Assembly (NCBI GenBank): GCA_041178425.1 | Contig: JBEGVH010000028.1 | Location: forward strand, 1 to 60,544 | Source: Pseudomonadota bacterium | Lineage (GTDB): Bacteria; Bdellovibrionota; Bdellovibrionia; Bdellovibrionales; Bdellovibrionaceae | Length of the DNA: 60,544 bases | Direction of reading: 5' to 3' | Shown here: positions 54,142-60,544 of the stretch, one piece after another | Layout of the letters: every line of letters starts with the position of its first letter | How positions within the stretch are numbered: the first letter of the stretch is position 1 | The notes under the pieces: generated by a model | The model's database searches: none | What the model was told of the DNA's origin: nothing | Seen by the model: the letters and a program-made list of their open reading frames with translations, nothing else | Position numbers and translations under genes: made by a program

Positions 54142-56691
54142 ATGAGCGGATACAATCATAAAGAGATCGAACAAAAATGGCAAAAACGCTGGTATGAATC
54201 CGACGTTTACAAAGCATACAATCCCGATGAGCCCGGCTTCGATAAGAACAAAAAAAGTTTTTATATTCTGGATATGTTTCCATATCCTTCAGGATCAGGT
54301 CTCCATGTCGGCCACGCCAGCGGATATATCGGCACCGATATCGTCACCCGGCAAAAGAGAATGCAAGGTTTCAACGTTCTTCACCCTATGGGTTGGGATG
54401 CCTTCGGACTCCCTGCCGAGCAATATGCTATTCAAACCAACCAGCATCCTCGTCACGTCACCGACGTCAATACGGCAAACTTTCGTCGCCAGTTAAAATT
54501 ACTCGCTCTTTCCTACGACTGGAAACGCGAAATTGATACATCTAATCCAGACTACTACCGATGGACGCAATGGATCTTCTTGCAGCTTTACAAAAAGGGC
54601 CTCGTCTATCGCAAAGAGATGCCTGTTTGGTGGTGTGAAGAGCTTAAAACGGTTCTTGCCAATGAAGAAGTCATTAACGGCCGTTCAGAGCGCGGTAATT
54701 TTCCTTGCGTGCGCAAGCCCCTCTATCAGTGGGTTTTCAAAATCACAGCCTATGCCGATCGTCTCCTTGAGGATCTCGATGGACTAGACTGGCCAGAGAA
54801 CGTTAAAAAAATGCAAGCCGATTGGATCGGCCGTTCCTTGGGCGCAGAAATTAATTTTTCGGTGATGGAACACAAACACTCGATATGTGTTTTTTCAACA
54901 CGACCAGACACTCTTTACGGTGTGACCGCCCTAGTGATTGCCCCCGAACACCCTCTTGTTAAAGAGATTACGACGACCGCTTGCCAATCTAAAATAGACG
55001 CCTACCTATCAAAAGCGATGGCAAAATCAGATCGCGAACGCAAGGCCGAAGAAGAAATCACTGCGGAATTTACCGGTGCCTACTGTGAGCATCCATTGAT
55101 GAAAGGTCAAAAGGTACCGATCTACATTGCTGATTATGTGCTCGCCGACTACGGCACTGGCGCGGTGATGGCCGTACCTGCCCATGATGAACGTGATTTT
55201 TTATTCGCAAAAAAATATGACCTGCCTTTCAAGGCCGTCATCGCTCCCAAATCCGATGGCAAAACACTTGAGTCTTGCTTCACCGACGATGGAACGCTTG
55301 TTCATTCCGAGGAATTCTCAGGTTTATCGTCTGCTGAAGCCCGAGAAAAGATCACAAAAAAACTCGAAGATAATCATCTCGGAAAATCAAAAATATTTTA
55401 TAAAATCCGCGATTGGATTTTCTCTCGCCAGCGCTACTGGGGCGAGCCCTTCCCTCTCTACTTCGACGAGAATGGCGAAGTGGTAATGGCCGACGAGAGT
55501 GATCTTCCGATCACTCTTCCCGACATGACAGACTTTGCCCCTAGCCCAGATGGATCATCGCCTCTGGCCAGAGTGAAAGAATGGACGAGCTTTAAGCATC
55601 CAAAAACGAGTAAGACCTGGGGCCACGTCACTCATACCATGCCAGGATGGGCCGGTTCCTGCTGGTACTACCTGCGGTTTATGGATCCAATGAACACCAA
55701 AAAAGCCTTTGATGAAAAAGTGGTGAACTACTGGCAACAAGTCGACTTGTATGTTGGGGGAGCTTCTCATGCGGTTATGCACCTTCTCTACGCTCGATTC
55801 TGGCATAAGGTTCTTTTTGACCTTGGCTTGGTTCCCACAAAAGAACCCTTCAAAAAGCTTTTCAATCAAGGAATGGTTACAGCCTACGCCTACAAGGACA
55901 AAACGCAACGACTAGTCCCATCGGATGAGGTCGAACAAGTGGGTCAAAGCTATCGTCGAAAATCAACAGGTGAGCCCGTCGAAAAATTTATTTCAAAAAT
56001 GGCCAAGTCACTTCGCAACGTGGTGAACCCCGATGATGTCATCGAAAACAAAGGGTGCGATGTGCTTCGAACATATGAAATGTTTATGGGCCCCCTAGGA
56101 GACGAAAAACCGTGGGCCGACGAGGGCATCTCAGGTTGCGAAAAGTTCCTACGAAAGGTTTGGAATCTTTTTATCGACGACAACGATCAAATAAGGGGCG
56201 ATAAAGTCTGTGCTCCAAAAGCTCACGACAAATCACACTACTCACTCCATAAGTGTTTGAAGCGAATTAATGATTCCTTTAACAACTTCAATTTTAACAC
56301 CTCGATTGCGGGCATGATGGAGGCTCTTAACGAAATTCAAGATCAACAAATTGATCTCACCAAAGAGCAATCCGAGTTTTTCTTAAAAATGCTTTTTCCG
56401 TTTGCGCCCCATATTAGCTCTGAGCTTTGGGAACGCCTAGGCAACAAAGACTGGATCGATTTTGCAGGCTGGCCAATTCTCGAAGAAGACAAATTAGTAA
56501 AAAACGATTTTGAATTGGTTTTACAGGTTAATGGCAAGATTCGCAAAAAGGTTGAGGCCAATGTGGGCCTCACCGACGAAGCGGCGAAACAAATGGCCTT
56601 GGAGCAGTTGAATGAATTTATTGCGGGCAAAGAAATTGTTCGAGTGATTTACGTTCAAAACAAAATCGTGAATGTGGTGGTCAAAGGGTAA
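54142..56691 (+). CDS. leuS: Leucine--tRNA ligase
   Basis: MFPYPSGSGLHVGH, GWDAFGLPAE, CP1 editing motifs TRPDT and GTGAVMAVPAHDERD, SRQRYWGEP, KMAKS and QVNGKIR. Confidence 0.97.
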   Translation: MSGYNHKEIEQKWQKRWYESDVYKAYNPDEPGFDKNKKSFYILDMFPYPSGSGLHVGHASGYIGTDIVTRQKRMQGFNVLHPMGWDAFGLPAEQYAIQTNQHPRHVTDVNTANFRRQLKLLALSYDWKREIDTSNPDYYRWTQWIFLQLYKKGLVYRKEMPVWWCEELKTVLANEEVINGRSERGNFPCVRKPLYQWVFKITAYADRLLEDLDGLDWPENVKKMQADWIGRSLGAEINFSVMEHKHSICVFSTRPDTLYGVTALVIAPEHPLVKEITTTACQSKIDAYLSKAMAKSDRERKAEEEITAEFTGAYCEHPLMKGQKVPIYIADYVLADYGTGAVMAVPAHDERDFLFAKKYDLPFKAVIAPKSDGKTLESCFTDDGTLVHSEEFSGLSSAEAREKITKKLEDNHLGKSKIFYKIRDWIFSRQRYWGEPFPLYFDENGEVVMADESDLPITLPDMTDFAPSPDGSSPLARVKEWTSFKHPKTSKTWGHVTHTMPGWAGSCWYYLRFMDPMNTKKAFDEKVVNYWQQVDLYVGGASHAVMHLLYARFWHKVLFDLGLVPTKEPFKKLFNQGMVTAYAYKDKTQRLVPSDEVEQVGQSYRRKSTGEPVEKFISKMAKSLRNVVNPDDVIENKGCDVLRTYEMFMGPLGDEKPWADEGISGCEKFLRKVWNLFIDDNDQIRGDKVCAPKAHDKSHYSLHKCLKRINDSFNNFNFNTSIAGMMEALNEIQDQQIDLTKEQSEFFLKMLFPFAPHISSELWERLGNKDWIDFAGWPILEEDKLVKNDFELVLQVNGKIRKKVEANVGLTDEAAKQMALEQLNEFIAGKEIVRVIYVQNKIVNVVVKG

Positions 56692-56705
56692 GTGCTTTTT
56701 GCGTT

Positions 56706-56737
56706 GGCGGCCAAGGATTGGCCGTCGCAATTTTTTT
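56706..56737 (+). terminator. Probable intrinsic terminator after leuS
   Basis: GGCGGCCAA-gga-TTGGCCGTC followed by a T7 run. Confidence 0.7.
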
Positions 56738-56867
56738 CGTTTTTTATGCCTGCTCCAAAATTGAGAAGCGTGATCCCACTCCGAAACAAGGAGCGCCTCA
56801 AATTGAGAGGTCAAAAAAAAATAAACCATTTCGATTGTAAACTCATTCAAAGGGTGGGACGCTATAG

Positions 56868-57764
56868 GTGGAGGCTCGCTTGTACGTTTCTAGGCTCACC
56901 CTTCTCTCTATTATTTTTATTAATTTACCCTTAGTGTTCAATCAAACTGCGAACGCTAAACCACTTCCAGCTGCCAACAAAAAAGCTTCCGAAGTGCGAA
57001 CGACCGAAACGGGCGGGGGTACGATTGATGAAGCCACACCTCTTGTGACAGAGGCTACCACTTCGGCCCCTATCGACGAAGCGACCCCCTTTCCTCCTCC
57101 TCAAGAGCATCCCATGGCCGAAGAAGCGCCCACCGCATCGGCCGATTCGCCCTCTGAGGAGCAGAAACCTCCCGAACGCTCTATTGCCAGTGAACAAGGT
57201 AGATCCGTCGATATCAAGTATCGCAACACAATCTACAATCTTGCTCTTGCTCACGGAATACTCTACGCAAAAACCAACGACAAAACCTACAAAGGTAAAT
57301 TAGAAAAAGGGCTTCGCGAATTCAGCCACTGGACCTTTGCCATTACCAAAGATAAAGATGATCCCTATGGGTTCGAATTGATTATCAATGAAAAAACGAT
57401 GGATATTATTTTTAAAAAAGATGATTTAGAGGCAGGAGGACCATTTTTGTCGATGGTCTCTCGCGACTCAAAAATGGTCATGCTTGATTTCGGGACCGGC
57501 TCTGGAATTCGCAACCTCGAACTTCGAAGCCCTACGGGCAAACTTCTTTTGAAGGACGAATATTTTGACAAAAAAGATCCTCGAATAGTTGATGGCGCTG
57601 TCTTTTATGAACGCCCAGAAAAACAATTAGAGATCGAGCAAGACGCAGAAACCAAAGTTTGTGAAGATGTTGGCACCCCTTGGGAAATTCAGCCCTACAA
57701 ATTTAACGGAAAAGAAAAACTAAAAGATGAAAGCTCCAAAACTCGAATTGAGTGCACTAACTAG
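56868..57764 (+). CDS. Hypothetical secreted protein with low-complexity Pro/Thr/Glu linker
   Basis: Signal-like N-terminus (TANA|K), repeated IDEATP and a beta-rich C-terminal domain with two Cys. Confidence 0.7.
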   Translation: MEARLYVSRLTLLSIIFINLPLVFNQTANAKPLPAANKKASEVRTTETGGGTIDEATPLVTEATTSAPIDEATPFPPPQEHPMAEEAPTASADSPSEEQKPPERSIASEQGRSVDIKYRNTIYNLALAHGILYAKTNDKTYKGKLEKGLREFSHWTFAITKDKDDPYGFELIINEKTMDIIFKKDDLEAGGPFLSMVSRDSKMVMLDFGTGSGIRNLELRSPTGKLLLKDEYFDKKDPRIVDGAVFYERPEKQLEIEQDAETKVCEDVGTPWEIQPYKFNGKEKLKDESSKTRIECTN

Positions 57765-57821
57765 AGACTAGAGCTTCTAGCTTCGTAAAAATCCCAAATT
57801 TTATCATATCGCAATTACACT

Positions 57822-58493
57822 CTAACTGCGTGGGGAACGACTCCTGGCATCAAAAGCTAATGCGAGCATATAACGCTCTAATTCTTGTTTGAACTCTCTA
57901 CGAAAAAACTTTAACTCCGGAGAAGATACGACTTTCGCCACTGCCCTCGGAGGGTGAGCAAAGGGATACAAACCTGCTATCAAGGTCACCGTATCTTGAA
58001 GAAATATGGCATAATTAAGCTTGGAGAGTTCAGGGCAGGTTCGTTCGCAAGCTCCAGCGATTTCCCCAAAAAATTCCATCGACTTAAACTTAAAAATTCG
58101 GATCGTTTCTTCACTCAGATTTTTCTCTAAGATGGAGGGCAACGCTGTTGAAAGTGCACACAATAGCTCTCTCTCAGAAATCGTTGCTGCCATCGACTTA
58201 ACCAAGGTCTCCAGCGATTTTTTGCCCTTAGGATTTTTATTGAGGTTTTTTTTAAAAGACCGATACCAATCTTGCCACTCATCCCAAAGTAAATCTATAA
58301 GGACCGCCTCACGGGTTTCAAAGTATCGATACACATTGGCTTTTGCCATACCTGCACGGCGAGCTATTTTATTTAAACTTAGATTATTTACATCTAAGTC
58401 TTTTTCTATAAGTCCCCTACAGATTTCTAGCAAATGCCTGCGTCGCATTTCCTTTTGTTCTGGTTTTCTAGCTCTGATGAATCTTTTAGCCAT
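57822..58493 (-). CDS. TetR/AcrR family transcriptional regulator
   Basis: HTH LSLNKIARRAGMAKANVYRYFETRE; divergent from the SDR gene. Confidence 0.92.
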   Translation of the reverse strand: MAKRFIRARKPEQKEMRRRHLLEICRGLIEKDLDVNNLSLNKIARRAGMAKANVYRYFETREAVLIDLLWDEWQDWYRSFKKNLNKNPKGKKSLETLVKSMAATISERELLCALSTALPSILEKNLSEETIRIFKFKSMEFFGEIAGACERTCPELSKLNYAIFLQDTVTLIAGLYPFAHPPRAVAKVVSSPELKFFRREFKQELERYMLALAFDARSRSPRS

Positions 58494-58544
58494 GGTTCAA
58501 TGATAATCAAAATGAGATGGTTTTACCAGCAAATATCACAATTC

Positions 58545-58606
58545 TTGACAGGTGACCAATAGTCACTTATTTTTAAATGACTGATTAAATGACCAATGGT
58601 CACTTA
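58545..58606 (+). promoter_or_regulatory. Sigma70 promoter with two palindromic operators, likely bound by the adjacent TetR
   Basis: TTGACA (58545)-17 bp-TATTTT (58568); GTGAC-caata-GTCAC at 58552-58566 in the spacer and TGACC-aat-GGTCA at 58590-58602; both share TGACCAATRGTCACTTA. Confidence 0.8.
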
Positions 58607-58627
58607 AATAAATTGGAGATAACTAAA

Positions 58628-59581
58628 ATGGCAAAAACATTAAAATGCCCCCCGGAGCTACTTCAAAAAGATCTAACTGGCCTAACGTACCTCGTGACGG
58701 GCGGCAACTCAGGTATTGGCTTTGCGACCGTTCAACAATTAGCCAAACAGGGAGCCAAAGTCATCATAGGTTGTCGGCGACCTAGCCAAGGAGAGCTGGC
58801 CAAACAGTTGGTTCACCAAAACAATCCAAACGCGAAGATTGAGGTAGCCGAACTTGATCTTGCGAGCTTTGATTCCATTAGAACCTTTTCGAATAAATTT
58901 TTGGCAGAAAACGCCCAACTTCATGGCCTGGTGAATAATGCAGGCATAATGTATGCACCCTTCGGCAAAACTAAAGATGGTCTCGAAAGTCAAATTGGCA
59001 CAAACCATTTCGGTCACTTTTTACTTACCGAATTATTATTACCGGCCCTCAAAAGAGCCCCTTCCTCCCGGATTGCGATCCTTTCAAGTTGCTATCATGA
59101 CAAAGCTCAGGGCCATGAGGGATACATCGATTTCGAAGATCTTAATTTCGAAAAAAGAAAATACAATGGCTGGTTGGCCTACGCTCAATCGAAACTGGCC
59201 AATCTGCTTCACGCCAAGGAATTGGCAAAACGCTTGAACGGCACCACAATCACCGTTACCAGTGTTCATCCAGGATGGGTGCGCACGAATCTCGTGCGCT
59301 TTTGGATGCCTGTTTGGGTTCAGGATATTATTCTTCGCCCGCTGTTAAATTTGGCCGGCATGATTGAGCCTTGGGAAGGCGCACAGACGACGCTTTATGT
59401 GTTGCTTGCCCCCGAAGTTGAAAATCATAGTGGAGCCTACTTCAGTCAAACGGGCTTTTACAGAACAAAGGCCGCCACTAAAGGAGGTTGGCCGTTAGCT
59501 TCCCCAAATCCTCACGCTCATAATGAGGCCACCTCAGAGCGACTTTACGAATTAAGCCTTAAAATCGTCGGTCTCAAATAA
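58628..59581 (+). CDS. Short-chain dehydrogenase/reductase (retinol-dehydrogenase-like)
   Basis: TGGNSGIG, NNAGIM, NHFGHF, YAQSK and VHPG; ATG at 58628 with GGAGA RBS. Confidence 0.92.
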   Translation: MAKTLKCPPELLQKDLTGLTYLVTGGNSGIGFATVQQLAKQGAKVIIGCRRPSQGELAKQLVHQNNPNAKIEVAELDLASFDSIRTFSNKFLAENAQLHGLVNNAGIMYAPFGKTKDGLESQIGTNHFGHFLLTELLLPALKRAPSSRIAILSSCYHDKAQGHEGYIDFEDLNFEKRKYNGWLAYAQSKLANLLHAKELAKRLNGTTITVTSVHPGWVRTNLVRFWMPVWVQDIILRPLLNLAGMIEPWEGAQTTLYVLLAPEVENHSGAYFSQTGFYRTKAATKGGWPLASPNPHAHNEATSERLYELSLKIVGLK

Positions 59582-59593
59582 CGAAGGACAATT

Positions 59594-60103
59594 ATGAATA
59601 TCTTTAATCTAATGAATGACTACTTTTTAGGGGAAAAAATCGAAGCTTTGGTTTTTATTTTACCCATTGGCCTGTTGAGTTTAGTTTTGGGAAGTTGGCT
59701 TTTCACAGAAGGGGGCTCCTTCTTTCGAGGGGTTTCGTTGCCGTTTATACTCATGGGAATAATTATGTCTATAGTAGGGGGTGTGGTGGGCCTTCGAACT
59801 CCTGCTCAAGTTGCGCAACTCGAGCAAGAGTTAAAGTCTAATCCCCAACCCACACTTGAAAATGAACTTGCGCGAATGAAGAAGGTCAATGATGCCTGGC
59901 CAAAATATTTAGTCATCTGGACAGCTTTTGCCGTCATTGGACTGGGATTGCGATTTTTAACTAAAAATGACTTTGCTCAGGGACTTGGAATTTCCTTAGT
60001 CTTTTTCTCGGGAGTGACCCTACTCGTCGATGGATTTGCAGAGCGAAGAGCCGTCAAATACACTCAGGCCATCTCCCAACCTACCGCAAAATACCACGAC
60101 TAG
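59594..60103 (+). CDS. Hypothetical 4-TM membrane protein, co-transcribed with the SDR
   Basis: AAGGA RBS, 12 bp after the SDR stop; four hydrophobic segments. Confidence 0.8.
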   Translation: MNIFNLMNDYFLGEKIEALVFILPIGLLSLVLGSWLFTEGGSFFRGVSLPFILMGIIMSIVGGVVGLRTPAQVAQLEQELKSNPQPTLENELARMKKVNDAWPKYLVIWTAFAVIGLGLRFLTKNDFAQGLGISLVFFSGVTLLVDGFAERRAVKYTQAISQPTAKYHD

Positions 60104-60427
60104 TTCGGAGAGTGCGGGAACCAAACTGATAGTTTGGGGAATAGTTTGGGGACGGAGTCTATCTACCCAATCTACCAAACTATTTTGATGCAAATAAATT
60201 ATTCCCTTTTTTTCTAATTCAATGTCTTCAGATTCTGACAAAAACAAATCTTCAAAAAAAACAAATTCAATTCACAAGAATCGGATTGAATGCTTTTTCT
60301 AATTCCGACTAATAAGTTTCTTGAAATTCCAATCTTTTTCGCGAAAAAAAACGCACCCATCCATTGCGAGCTTTCCCTCATCGCGCTCGCTGGGTAATTT
60401 TGTAAAAATAGAATCGATACATTCACT

Positions 60428-60544
60428 CTACGTCGAATCGCTGAGGCGACTCGCACTTTCAAACTCAGCCGCCGATAGTGGCTCTGCTAATTGAAGGGCT
60501 CCTTTTTTGATTCTCGCCACAACTTCTAAAATCCACCTAGCCTC
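60428..60544 (-). CDS. Possible 3' end of a gene entering from the right edge
   Basis: Frame is open from the window edge: EARWILEVVARIKKGALQLAEPLSAAEFESASRLSDST*. Too short to assign. Confidence 0.4.
   Translation of the reverse strand, partial: EARWILEVVARIKKGALQLAEPLSAAEFESASRLSDST

Noticed and set aside
56692..56934. 80-aa ORF in frame after the leuS stop (possible readthrough)
   Set aside because: leuS ends normally (VNVVVKG-TAA) and the ORF crosses a terminator hairpin.
60020..60462. Minus-strand ORFs 60020-60247 and 60214-60462
   Set aside because: Low-complexity AT-rich sequence with no motifs; cannot be supported as genes or as a pseudogene.

Overview
About 60.5 kb of bacterial chromosome. 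The gene content (many secreted S8/M48 proteases, MepA, an EEP nuclease, orphan lipoproteins, alternative complex III) suggests a Bdellovibrionota-like predator; this is an inference. In order: (i) the 5' part of an alternative complex III operon, actA-actB-actC-actD (minus strand, cut at the left edge), and an Old Yellow Enzyme; (ii) a stand-alone motor-like locus with a 673-aa protein that reads as a natural FliF-FliG fusion, translationally coupled to motA-motB and flanked by a FecR-like protein, a HAMP/degenerate PP2C protein, a PEGA-TPR lipoprotein and a small outer-membrane barrel, with no other flagellar gene in the window (the best candidate for an undescribed system); (iii) housekeeping tmk-holB-tatD and gap-pgk-tpiA; (iv) cell-wall and lytic enzymes; (v) a group 3d NAD-reducing [NiFe]-hydrogenase operon hoxFUYHW without adjacent hyp genes; (vi) three subtilases, ChaN, NfeD/slipin, CBS, lipocalin, an Azt/Znu-type metal ABC transporter and orphan pilin-like proteins; (vii) leuS and a TetR/SDR module with a clear double operator. 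An unannotated 29-aa membrane peptide lies at 43208-43297. I saw no rRNA, tRNA, CRISPR array or transposase. All assignments come from reading motifs by eye; no database searches were run.
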